NCBI GenBank assembly: GCA_964595485.1
Contig: CAZQQN010000001.1
Location: 19,014 to 83,013, forward strand
Direction: 5' to 3'
DNA: 64,000 nt
Origin: an uncultured Sphingobacteriales bacterium
GTDB taxonomy: Bacteria > Bacteroidota > Bacteroidia > CAILMK01 > CAYYUA01
The stretch's first letter is position 1, and every line of letters starts with the position of its first letter. Below, piece after piece: positions 9,306-18,401 of the stretch. Under the pieces are notes generated by a model, which did not search any database, had not been told where the DNA came from, and worked only from the letters and a program-made list of their open reading frames with translations. A program made the translations under genes and the position numbers.

Positions 9306-12300
9306 ATGAAACAGTTTTTAAAGGCTTTAGCATTTCTCCTTCTGTTGATAATGGGTTTGGAGGATTTGCAAGCCCAGTCATCCATTGCAAAAAAGTGGAA
9401 TGAGGAGTTATTGAAGGCCATACGGAACAGTAGGGCACGGCCAACAGTCCACGCCAGGAACCTTTACCATTGGTCAATCTTAGCCCACGATTGTTGGGCA
9501 GCTTATCAGCCTAATGCGGAAACCTTCTTTTTAGGCAAGCAATTACGAGGTTTTAAATGCTCATTTGAAGGGGTGCCCAAGCCGGATTCTCTGCAAAAGG
9601 CTCAGAAAAAAGCGATTTCTTTTGCCTCTTATCGCCTTTTAAAACATCGCTATAAAGTTTCTCCTAAGTATACCAAGATATTGAATGAATTAAAAGCCTT
9701 TATGAATAAAAGAGGGTATAACATTAACGATACCTCTACCAATTATTTAAAAGGGAATCCTGCCTATTTAGGAAATTATGTGGCACAACAAATGATTCAA
9801 TATGGCTTTCAGGACGGGGCCAATGAAGCTAATAATTATACCAACCAATATTACAAGCCACTGAACGATACGTTGAACCTTAGCAAAACAGGGACACCTG
9901 GGTTAAAGAAACCTAATCACTGGCAGCCGCTTCAAATTACCAAAAGAAGAGATCAGGCCGGAAATCCGATTAAAGCTACTCAAACCGCCTTATCTCCTGA
10001 ATGGGGTGATGTTGACCCTTTTGCGCTGAGGGATTCCAATAAAACCACCAAAGTGAGGCAAAGAACTGGTAGGCCTTATAAACTCTACCTGGATCCCGGA
10101 CAACCTCCTTACTTAGACACTTCAGCACCAGGTTGCCTGGATGATGAGTATAAATGGGGCTTTTGTATGGTCTCTATCTGGCAGTCTCACCTTGATCCTG
10201 CCAATAATAAAAAATGGGATGTATCCCCCAATAATATTGGTAATGTAGGTGATACGAGTTTTCCCGCTAAGTTTAAAAATTATGACAGTTTTTTTAATTT
10301 TATAAAAGGCGGTTCCATAGATCTTGGTAAGGGTTACGATAAAAATCCTGCAACGGGCCAACCCTATAAACCACAAAAAGTAAAAAGAGCTGATTATGCT
10401 AGGATTTTGGCTGAATACTGGGCCGATGGAATCGCTTCGGAAACACCTCCAGGGCATTGGTTTGCTATTTATAATAAAATTGAAAATGATCCGGGATTCA
10501 TCAAGCGATGGAATGGACAAGGTGATACGTTGGGTGATTTGGAATATGATGTGAAAGCTTATATGGCCCTTGGTGGGGCTATGCATGATGCCGCTATTGC
10601 TGCCTGGAGCATTAAAGGCTGGTACGATTTTGTCAGACCCGTATCAGCCATTCGCTGGATGGCTTCTAAAGGGCAATGTACAGATCCCAATAAAATGAAT
10701 TTTGACTCAGCCGGCATTCCATTAATTCCTGGTTACATTGAGCTAGTGAAACAGGGGGATAAACTTGCTGGGTCCAATAATCAAAATGTAGGACAGATTA
10801 AACTTTATACCTGGCGTGGGCATAGTAATATTCAGGATCCTGAAACTGATACAGCCGGTGTTGGCTGGATTTTAGCCGGTGATTGGTGGCCATACCAAAA
10901 ACCTTCTTTTGTAACGCCTCCATTTCCTGGGTATGTATCCGGGCATTCCACATTCTCAAGGGCTGCTGCTAATATTTTGACCCAGATTACAGGAAGTCCC
11001 TATTTTCCGGGTGGTAAAAGTAATTTTCTTATGAAAAAGGATGAATTCCTTGAGCATGAAAATGGCCCCTCAGAAGATGTGTATTTACAATATGCTAAGT
11101 ATCGCGATGCAGCCGACTATACATCGCTATCCCGGATATGGGGCGGCATCCATCCTCCTGCTGATGATATCAATGGTCGGAAAATGGGGAAAAAGGCCGG
11201 TAATTACGCCTATAGCTTAGCTAATCAAATATACAATACCAAACCTGTATACGTGGAAGAGGTCAATGTCAGTGATAGTATCATTGCTACCGGAGACAAT
11301 GGGAAAGTTCTGGATATTACCATTCGGTTTTCCAATAAAATGAATACAGGTAAAAAACCCGCTATTGCTTATCCTATAGATGAACCTTTGCAAAATACTT
11401 TGGCCTTTAAAAGCAGTAATTGGAAGAACAATAGAATATTCCGGATTCAGTACGATGTAAAACAATCGAAAAAACGGTTGACTAATATATTTTTGAAAGT
11501 GGATAGTGCTTTTAGTCAAAAAGGTAAAATGGCTAACTCGTTCATTGCTGAAAACCCTTTTGTTATCAATACCAGGAAACCCAAGGTTAAGACTGTAATC
11601 CCTGACCAAACGCTGATCAATGATTCCCTGGCCAATAGCCAATTCCTCATTAAAGCGTCTTTTAATGAGCCCATGGATACCACTCAAAAACCGAAGATTA
11701 AATTGAGCAGCAATAATACGCTCTTAGCGGACCCTAACGCTAGCGAATGGTTAGATGAAAAAACACACGCATTTGCTTTTTTAGTAGCAAATAACGATGA
11801 GATCAAAAAACAAATGAATATTACCATAAAAAATAATGAAGATGTAGCAGGAAATTCCCTGAAAACCTTCGACTCATCAGGGGTATTTGCTATTGATACT
11901 AAAAATCCTTTACTGAAAAGTGCTAACCGGAATGATAGCGTCATTAACAAGAAAAAGGTGAGTAATATAAACCTTAAAGTGAATCTCGGCTTTTCAAAAC
12001 CTATGGACACAGCTATTCAGCCTACATTACGCTTTCCTTCTAACAACCAACTGCAACAATCCTTTTCACTTAAGCAGGCTAAAAGTTATTGGCTAAGTAA
12101 TAAAGAATGCCAAGTCACTTTTGATGTAAAATCTATGGCGGTACAGGCTTACCACATCTCACCCTCTCTCTCGGCTTTTATTGATACTGCAGGTAACCCT
12201 GTATCAGAAGGCACCATCGATGATTTTCTTGCCCTCGATACGAAGGAGCCTGGTATCGAATTCTATGAGCCAGGGACGTCTGCTATTTCTCTGCAAAATG

Positions 12301-13199
12301 AGGGAAATAGTGGGTTCAAGGTTGCCGTTAATTACGATGAGCCGATGGATCAAAATAAAAAGCCCGTTTTAAAAGTCAAAGCAAATGGTGACCAATTGAG
12401 GGCTGCTGATTATAACATCTTTAGTAGCTCTTGGAAAGATTCACAAACTTTTTTAGCGAGGTTCGACATTCAGGATACCACGATAAAGAAAGATGCTCTC
12501 TGCATTGAATCAAATTTTGGAGAGGACCGTGCCGGTAATGCGCAAAAGCTTCATAAAAAATGTGGGAAGCTTGCTATTGACCTGGTCAAACCCGTGGTAA
12601 TTTCCATGTTTGCTAACACGTATTCGATTACTAATTCAGATAAGCAATTTGAACTAGTGTCCTTGTATGATAAAAATATGGATACAACCGTTAAACCCAC
12701 TTTTCAGTTAAAAGCTGACTCTACTTCAGTATCATTCCTTACCTATGACAGCAGTGAATCCAAATGGCTTTCGCCAACCTCTTTTCAAGGTACCTACAAC
12801 GTAGAGGAATTGGTCTCTGATATCAGTCTTATAGATGTTTACCAAATGGATGCTCGAGATATGGCAGGAAACCCTATCGATACGGTTATCAAACAAAATT
12901 ACCTGACCGTTAGTAGCATTGGTAACGATAATAGCACCCAAGAAAAACAAATTCAGGTTTTTCCGAATCCATTAGATCAGGAAAATGAAGCGTTGATCCT
13001 ACAGGCTGAAGCCAAACTGGATAATGTTAACCTCACAATATTTACTGCCAATGGTCAAAGGATTTACCAAAAGCATTGGAACACTTTAAATCAGGGTACT
13101 TATGAGCTAAATGTTCAGGATATTGCTGCGAATTCTATTTATTACCTTAGGTTGGAATCAGCCCAAATTCAGGAGGGTGTAAAGCTTATCACCCATTAA
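9306..13199 (+). CDS. giant T9SS-secreted protein with N-terminal PAP2-superfamily (vanadium-haloperoxidase/acid-phosphatase-like) catalytic domain, four Ig-like repeats and a T9SS C-terminal sorting domain
   Basis: 1297 aa. Signal peptide MKQFLKALAFLLLLIMGLEDLQA|Q. Complete KX6RP (KGWYDFVRP), SGH (YVSGHS) and SRX5HX3D (SRIWGGIHPPAD) signature. Four ~120-aa modules with F(N/S/D)xPMD motifs. C-terminal CTD: FPNPLDQENEALIL...NVNLTIFTANGQRIYQ...GTYELNV...YYLRL. A 36-nt gap from the upstream gene suggests an operon. Confidence 0.7.
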   Translation: MKQFLKALAFLLLLIMGLEDLQAQSSIAKKWNEELLKAIRNSRARPTVHARNLYHWSILAHDCWAAYQPNAETFFLGKQLRGFKCSFEGVPKPDSLQKAQKKAISFASYRLLKHRYKVSPKYTKILNELKAFMNKRGYNINDTSTNYLKGNPAYLGNYVAQQMIQYGFQDGANEANNYTNQYYKPLNDTLNLSKTGTPGLKKPNHWQPLQITKRRDQAGNPIKATQTALSPEWGDVDPFALRDSNKTTKVRQRTGRPYKLYLDPGQPPYLDTSAPGCLDDEYKWGFCMVSIWQSHLDPANNKKWDVSPNNIGNVGDTSFPAKFKNYDSFFNFIKGGSIDLGKGYDKNPATGQPYKPQKVKRADYARILAEYWADGIASETPPGHWFAIYNKIENDPGFIKRWNGQGDTLGDLEYDVKAYMALGGAMHDAAIAAWSIKGWYDFVRPVSAIRWMASKGQCTDPNKMNFDSAGIPLIPGYIELVKQGDKLAGSNNQNVGQIKLYTWRGHSNIQDPETDTAGVGWILAGDWWPYQKPSFVTPPFPGYVSGHSTFSRAAANILTQITGSPYFPGGKSNFLMKKDEFLEHENGPSEDVYLQYAKYRDAADYTSLSRIWGGIHPPADDINGRKMGKKAGNYAYSLANQIYNTKPVYVEEVNVSDSIIATGDNGKVLDITIRFSNKMNTGKKPAIAYPIDEPLQNTLAFKSSNWKNNRIFRIQYDVKQSKKRLTNIFLKVDSAFSQKGKMANSFIAENPFVINTRKPKVKTVIPDQTLINDSLANSQFLIKASFNEPMDTTQKPKIKLSSNNTLLADPNASEWLDEKTHAFAFLVANNDEIKKQMNITIKNNEDVAGNSLKTFDSSGVFAIDTKNPLLKSANRNDSVINKKKVSNINLKVNLGFSKPMDTAIQPTLRFPSNNQLQQSFSLKQAKSYWLSNKECQVTFDVKSMAVQAYHISPSLSAFIDTAGNPVSEGTIDDFLALDTKEPGIEFYEPGTSAISLQNEGNSGFKVAVNYDEPMDQNKKPVLKVKANGDQLRAADYNIFSSSWKDSQTFLARFDIQDTTIKKDALCIESNFGEDRAGNAQKLHKKCGKLAIDLVKPVVISMFANTYSITNSDKQFELVSLYDKNMDTTVKPTFQLKADSTSVSFLTYDSSESKWLSPTSFQGTYNVEELVSDISLIDVYQMDARDMAGNPIDTVIKQNYLTVSSIGNDNSTQEKQIQVFPNPLDQENEALILQAEAKLDNVNLTIFTANGQRIYQKHWNTLNQGTYELNVQDIAANSIYYLRLESAQIQEGVKLITH
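12957..13196 (+). other. T9SS C-terminal sorting domain of the 9306-13199 protein, approximate
   Basis: Typical CTD beta-sandwich pattern (VFPNP..., TIFTANGQRIY, GTYELNVQ, IYYLRL). Confidence 0.5.
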
Positions 13200-13231
13200 A
13201 TGAATAGGCTTTTTTTCAAAGCGAAGATTGG

Positions 13232-13999
13232 TTAGCCCTGATTTTCCTTATTTACACGTACCGAATTAGCCTGGTCAGCTGATAATAACAATACATCCGC
13301 TATGTTTACGTGATCTGGTGCATTAGCCTGCCAAAAAATTACATCGGCTACATCTTCTCCTGTTAGCGGTCGATAGCCTTCATAGACTTTTTTAGCTCGC
13401 TCTTTATCACCATCATACCGAACTTCAGAAAACTCAGTTTCAGCAAGGCCAGGACAAACCTGGGAAACTTTTATTTGTTCTTCCAGTAAATCAATTCGCA
13501 TGCTTTCGGTTAGTGCATCCACAAAGTGCTTAGAAGCAGCATAAACATTGCCATTTGGATATACCTCTTTTCCAGCCAGGGAGCTAACGTTGATGATATG
13601 GCCTTTTCCCTCTTTTGCCATCATAGGCGCCACCTGCCTTGTTACATACAATAAGCCCTTGATGTTGGTGTCAATCATTTGCTCCCAGTGTTCTATATGG
13701 CCTTGATGAATTGGGTCAGCCCCTTTTGCTAACCCGGCATTGTTTACCAATAAATCAATATCCTGCCAATTAGCAGGCATGTTTTGAATAACCTGATCAA
13801 CGGCTTTACGATCTCTCACATCAAGTTGAACGGGGTAGCAGTGAATATCATGATGTTGAGTTAAATCCTGGCTAATGGCATTTAGCCTTTCCTGTCTCCG
13901 GCCAGTTATTATCAAGTGCCAATTATTGGCCGCTAATTTATAGGCGGTAGCTTTTCCTATGCCTGAGGTAGCACCAGTTATCAATGCAACTTTTCCCAA
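13232..13999 (-). CDS. SDR-family NAD(P)-dependent oxidoreductase (YdfG-like)
   Basis: 255 aa. GKVALITGATSGIGKATA Rossmann motif and an NNAG motif. Confidence 0.8.
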   Translation of the reverse strand: MGKVALITGATSGIGKATAYKLAANNWHLIITGRRQERLNAISQDLTQHHDIHCYPVQLDVRDRKAVDQVIQNMPANWQDIDLLVNNAGLAKGADPIHQGHIEHWEQMIDTNIKGLLYVTRQVAPMMAKEGKGHIINVSSLAGKEVYPNGNVYAASKHFVDALTESMRIDLLEEQIKVSQVCPGLAETEFSEVRYDGDKERAKKVYEGYRPLTGEDVADVIFWQANAPDHVNIADVLLLSADQANSVRVNKENQG

Positions 14000-14130
14000 A
14001 TTGAATGCTTTTTAGATTTTCGCCGTAAAATTACCCAAGGTGCAATTCAGAGGCAAATTTGGTGTTTTGTACCTGTTTAGTTGTAAAAAGGAGCAGTATT
14101 CAATAATAGTGACTGAATTTAACCTAACCT

Positions 14131-14138
14131 TATCTTTG
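14131..14138 (+). promoter_or_regulatory. Bacteroidetes sigma-A -7 element TATCTTTG, 21 nt upstream of the 14159 start
   Basis: Matches the TAnnTTTG consensus. Confidence 0.35.
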
Positions 14139-14158
14139 ATATAAAAGACAGTGAAGTA

Positions 14159-14974
14159 ATGAAACTTTGCCAGTTACTCTTGCTTGTTCTCCTTACCATT
14201 GAAGGATTTGCTCAAAATAAAAATCGATCCGAACTAAAGGTTTGTGATTTACCAGCTGACCTGTCGGAGTCTTCTGGGCTCATTGTGGAGGGACCGAATA
14301 TGTTTTGGAGTATCAATGATAGTGGTAATGATGCGGAGCTAATAGCTTTTGATAGTAATGGCCAAATTGTTCATCAAATTGATGTGAAAGGTGCTGTTAA
14401 TAAAGATTGGGAAACCCTGGCCAAAAAGGGTGACACCTTTTTAATAGGAGATGTGGGTAACAACCGCAATAAACGGAAAGATCTCCGCTTTTTGCTGGTA
14501 AATAGAAAAGGTAAAATGTTGGAAGTATTATCTTTCAAATACGAGGATCAAAATCAATTTCCACCACCTAAGGCTAATATGAATTTTGACATGGAAGCAT
14601 CTTTTTACCGAGCCGGTCATATATACATGTTTTCTAAAACCCGCGTACCAGATAATAAGCACACCAAAATTTATGAATTACCTGTTAAGCCCTTTAAAAA
14701 AAATTTAGAAGCTAATTTGTTGGATAGCTTGAATATCAAGACTGCGGTAACAGGCGCTACTAAATCGGCAAGCAATAATATTTTATTAATGAGTTATGGT
14801 AAGATTTATCGATTATCAAGCTTTAACCTTCATGATTGGGAATGTGTTAAAATAGACAATATTTCCATTCCGATTTCTCAAACAGAAGGCATCGGTCGTT
14901 CGAATGGTAACGACTTTTACTATACAGATGAACAAGGCAATTTATTCAAACACGATGTAAAGGCTTTCGATTAG
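14159..14974 (+). CDS. secreted hypothetical protein, possibly SdiA-regulated/YjiK-like beta-propeller fold
   Basis: 271 aa. Signal peptide ...IEGFA|Q. Recurrent SGL/EGI-type motifs (LSESSGLIVEG, SQTEGIGR) reminiscent of PF06977. Weak assignment. Confidence 0.3.
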   Translation: MKLCQLLLLVLLTIEGFAQNKNRSELKVCDLPADLSESSGLIVEGPNMFWSINDSGNDAELIAFDSNGQIVHQIDVKGAVNKDWETLAKKGDTFLIGDVGNNRNKRKDLRFLLVNRKGKMLEVLSFKYEDQNQFPPPKANMNFDMEASFYRAGHIYMFSKTRVPDNKHTKIYELPVKPFKKNLEANLLDSLNIKTAVTGATKSASNNILLMSYGKIYRLSSFNLHDWECVKIDNISIPISQTEGIGRSNGNDFYYTDEQGNLFKHDVKAFD

Positions 14975-15086
14975 CCGAAATTTTTTAATCGGAGGGTAAG
15001 CTCTTGATAGCAGAGTTTGCGTTTAACAATTGTTTAACCCTATTTTTTTCTGCAAGCTACTAAGCAAGAAGGTGAACAAATTGGTT

Positions 15087-15094
15087 TAATTTTG
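15087..15094 (+). promoter_or_regulatory. -7 element TAATTTTG upstream of the 15118 gene
   Basis: TAnnTTTG match 24 nt before the ATG. Confidence 0.35.
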
Positions 15095-15117
15095 TAAGCA
15101 TTATTCAAAATAGTATT

Positions 15118-16677
15118 ATGGCGAAAGAAACGCCCGGAATCTCGGAGCATAAACTTGAACTGCGAAAACTACAGCTCAGCGATTTTGATGATATCAAGGA
15201 GATCATGGATTTAGTGTATCCGTCAATGGGGTCCTGGACCTATGATCAATTCAGAGCCCAGCTAAAAAGATTTCCGGATGGTCAGATCTGTATTGAGGAT
15301 AATGGGAAGGTAATAGCAGCAGCTATTAGCGTTATTATCAAATATGCGAAGTATGGGGATAAACATACGTATGATAAAATTACCGGAAATGGCTACCTAA
15401 CGACCCATGATCCCAATGGTGATACTCTTTATGGCGTGGATATTTTCGCACACCCTGATTATCGCGGTCTGAGGCTGGGTAGGCGGCTATACGATGCCAG
15501 GAAAGAACTTTGTGAAAATCTGAATCTCCGGGCAATCGTGACAGGAGGACGAATCCCGAATTATAAATATTACAGCGATGAAATGTCACCGCAACGATAC
15601 ATTGACCTGGTAAAGCGTAAAGAGATCTATGACCCAATACTGACTTTTCAACTTAATAATGATTTTCACGTTCGTAAGGTCATTACCAATTATATGCCCG
15701 ATGATAAGGATTCCAAGTCATACGCCACTTTACTGGAATGGATTAATATTTATTATGAAGAGGAAGAGCCATTAATTGGCCGGCAGAAACAAGTTGTCCG
15801 CCTGGGTGTTGTGCAGTGGCAAATGAGGAGTGTAGCGTCTTTTGATGATTTATTGCAACAAGTTGAATACTTTGTAAGTACCATAGCTGGTTACCAATCC
15901 GACTTTGTGCTCTTTCCTGAGTTTTTCAACGGACCCCTGATGACTCAATTCAATGAAGAATCTCCTTCGGATGCCATCCGGTCGTTGGCCCAATATACCG
16001 AGCCACTTAGGGAGCAGCTTCTACACATGGCTGTCTCTTACAACATCAATATTGTTAGTGGGAGCATGCCGGTTTATTACAATGAAAGACTCTACAACAT
16101 TTCCTACTTGTGTAGGCGAGATGGCACCTATGACTGGCAGTATAAGCTCCATATAACAGCTGATGAGACTGGTTATTGGGGACTTCAGGGTGGTCGTGAG
16201 CTAAAGACCTTTGATACGGATGTGGGTAAAATCGGAATCCTGATCTGCTACGATGCGGAATTCCCGGAATTATCACGCATACAAGCTGAAAATGACTTGA
16301 ATATCCTTTTTGTTCCGTATTGGACAGATACCAAGAATGCCTATCTGCGTGTAAGACGATGCTCCCAGGCAAGGGCCATTGAAAATGAGTGCTACGTTGC
16401 TATTTCAGGTAGTGTTGGTAATTTACCGAGAGTCGAAAATATGGATATTCAGTATTCGCAGGCAGCTGTATTTTCTCCATCTGATTTTGCTTTTCCCCAT
16501 GATGGTGTCATTGCTGAAGCAACACCGAATACCGAAATGACCCTGATTGCTGACCTCGATCTTGAATTGCTAAAAGAGCTCCGGGTCCATGGAAGTGTTA
16601 CTAACCGCAAGGACCGCCGCAATGATCTGTTTAAAATTGAATGGTTAGGCCAAAGTAATGATGAGTCAAATGGTTAA
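15118..16677 (+). CDS. bifunctional GNAT-family N-acetyltransferase / carbon-nitrogen hydrolase (nitrilase superfamily) protein
   Basis: 519 aa. N-terminal GNAT fold (HPDYRGLRLGRRLY). C-terminal CN-hydrolase with the E-K-C triad context (FPEFF..., KLHIT, LICYDAEFPE). Confidence 0.75.
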   Translation: MAKETPGISEHKLELRKLQLSDFDDIKEIMDLVYPSMGSWTYDQFRAQLKRFPDGQICIEDNGKVIAAAISVIIKYAKYGDKHTYDKITGNGYLTTHDPNGDTLYGVDIFAHPDYRGLRLGRRLYDARKELCENLNLRAIVTGGRIPNYKYYSDEMSPQRYIDLVKRKEIYDPILTFQLNNDFHVRKVITNYMPDDKDSKSYATLLEWINIYYEEEEPLIGRQKQVVRLGVVQWQMRSVASFDDLLQQVEYFVSTIAGYQSDFVLFPEFFNGPLMTQFNEESPSDAIRSLAQYTEPLREQLLHMAVSYNINIVSGSMPVYYNERLYNISYLCRRDGTYDWQYKLHITADETGYWGLQGGRELKTFDTDVGKIGILICYDAEFPELSRIQAENDLNILFVPYWTDTKNAYLRVRRCSQARAIENECYVAISGSVGNLPRVENMDIQYSQAAVFSPSDFAFPHDGVIAEATPNTEMTLIADLDLELLKELRVHGSVTNRKDRRNDLFKIEWLGQSNDESNG

Positions 16678-16693
16678 GGGGCCCCTTGGAACC
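16672..16693. terminator. GC-rich palindrome GGTTAAGGGGCCCCTTggAACC between convergent genes; candidate bidirectional terminator
   Basis: Core AAGGGGCCCCTT is a perfect 12-bp palindrome overlapping the TAA stop of the 15118 gene. It sits between the 3' ends of convergent genes. Confidence 0.35.
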
Positions 16694-16747
16694 TTAAAAG
16701 TATACCAATCGGTAAATTCACCTTATTGATATTATTAGCAAGGGGCA

Positions 16748-18118
16748 CTAACTAACAGGTTCTTTTTTAATACCGTATTTTTCCATTTTGTTATAAAGAT
16801 GGCTTCTTTGTATGCCGATATTTTCAGCAGTTTTAGAGATATTCCAATTGTTCGCTGCTAATTTTTCCTGAATAAACAACTTTTCGGCATGGCTTTTAAA
16901 ATCTTGCAGCTCCTCAAATTGATCTGCTTTGATAGCGGACTTTTGATCACCTTTATTTTTCCTCGGGGTGGCAAAAGTTGTGATATCCTCTTCTGTGATT
17001 TCACCTTGCGAAAGAATTACCAGCCTTTCAACCATGTTTCTTAATTCCCGGATATTACCTGTCCAATTCAGCTTTTTTAAGGCCTGCAATGCTTCTTCAG
17101 AAAAAGTTTTGGTTTCCATGCCATATTCAGCGCACAAGTCTTCCATGAAATGACGTGCTAGTAAAGGAATATCCTCAGGCCTTTCATTCAAGGAAGGTAC
17201 ATGGATCAGGATCACGCTGATTCGATGGTATAAGTCTTCCCGGAAGTTCCCTTTTTCAATTTCCTCTTCTAAGTCTTTGTTGGTGGCTGCCACTACGCGA
17301 ACATCGACATTGATCGCTTTATCTCCCCCAACCCGGTAGATTGTACCTTCTTCAAGGGTTCTCAAAACTTTTGCCTGGGCCGAAAAACTCATATCTCCTA
17401 TTTCATCAAGGAACAGGGTGCCGCCGTTTGCTTGCTCAAATTTGCCAATGTGCCTTTTAATAGCAGAGGTGAACGAGCCTTTTTCATGACCAAAAAGTTC
17501 ACTTTCGATCAGCTCGGAAGGGATTGCAGCACAGTTAACCTCCACGAGGTTACCATCTGTCCGGTTACTTTTCTCATGGAGCCAGCGGGCTACAAGTTCC
17601 TTCCCTGTTCCATTGGATCCTGTGATCAAGACCCTGGCGTCAGTGGGTGCCACTTTTTCAATCGTCTCTTTAATTTTTTGTATGGAGGATGATTCGCCTA
17701 TGATATCCTGGGTTTGCTTGACTTTCCTTTTCAGGACTTTGGTCTCATTCAAAAGGTTAGACTTATCCAGGGCATTGCGTATAGTCAGAAGTAGACGGTT
17801 CAGATCAGGAGGTTTGGTGATGAAGTCATAGGCTCCCTTTTTAGCTGCTTCAAAGGCGCTTTCTTCATCGCCATGGCCTGTAATCATTACAACAGGTGTT
17901 TCGGGGGCCTGCTCCATGCTATTGGCTAGTAACTCCATGCCGTCCATTTTGGGCATCTTGATGTCCAGCAGGATACAATCGTACTTGTTTTTCTTTATCA
18001 GGTTCAGGGCTTCCTGGCCCTCTTTGGCTTCCTCTGTTTCATAATTCTCATTACTAAGGATGTCTTTCAGGGTCTCCCTGATCATTTCTTCATCGTCAAC
18101 GATCAATATTTTAGGCAT
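16748..18118 (-). CDS. sigma-54-dependent two-component response regulator (NtrC family: receiver + AAA+ + Fis-type HTH)
   Basis: 456 aa. ILIVDDE...DIKMP receiver, [11 protein letters not shown]...[11 protein letters not shown] Walker A, GSFTSA sigma-54 interaction motif, C-terminal HTH. Confidence 0.85.
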   Translation of the reverse strand: MPKILIVDDEEMIRETLKDILSNENYETEEAKEGQEALNLIKKNKYDCILLDIKMPKMDGMELLANSMEQAPETPVVMITGHGDEESAFEAAKKGAYDFITKPPDLNRLLLTIRNALDKSNLLNETKVLKRKVKQTQDIIGESSSIQKIKETIEKVAPTDARVLITGSNGTGKELVARWLHEKSNRTDGNLVEVNCAAIPSELIESELFGHEKGSFTSAIKRHIGKFEQANGGTLFLDEIGDMSFSAQAKVLRTLEEGTIYRVGGDKAINVDVRVVAATNKDLEEEIEKGNFREDLYHRISVILIHVPSLNERPEDIPLLARHFMEDLCAEYGMETKTFSEEALQALKKLNWTGNIRELRNMVERLVILSQGEITEEDITTFATPRKNKGDQKSAIKADQFEELQDFKSHAEKLFIQEKLAANNWNISKTAENIGIQRSHLYNKMEKYGIKKEPVS

Positions 18119-18368
18119 AAGGGTTTTTGGTGTTTATTTTTTAAAACGTTTCAGGGTTGCAAAATTGTATAAAAAATGATACAAATTTACAAGTGATAAT
18201 GGTTGGTTTATTGGTTTCGAATAGCTTTTAATAAGCTAAATACGGAACTGGAAAAGCTTGTGGCATTTGTATCAATAAAACTTTTCGAAGGTCCTATCCT
18301 TTCATTATCTATTTATTACTTTTTATAAGTCGTAAAAAGCTTAACTGTAAATTTTAGTAAGGGATTGT

Positions 18369-18376
18369 TACCTTTG
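18369..18376 (+). promoter_or_regulatory. -7 element TACCTTTG upstream of the 18402 gene
   Basis: TAnnTTTG match 25 nt before the ATG. Confidence 0.35.
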
Positions 18377-18401
18377 CAGCTGTTCTAAAACCGTTAATGC
18401 C

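Noticed and set aside
13200-13231. Possible terminator between the convergent 9306 gene and the SDR gene (GGGTG...CACCC, then AGGCTTTTTTT)
   Set aside because: The stem is only 5 bp with a 10-nt loop and partly lies inside the coding sequence. Too weak to call.
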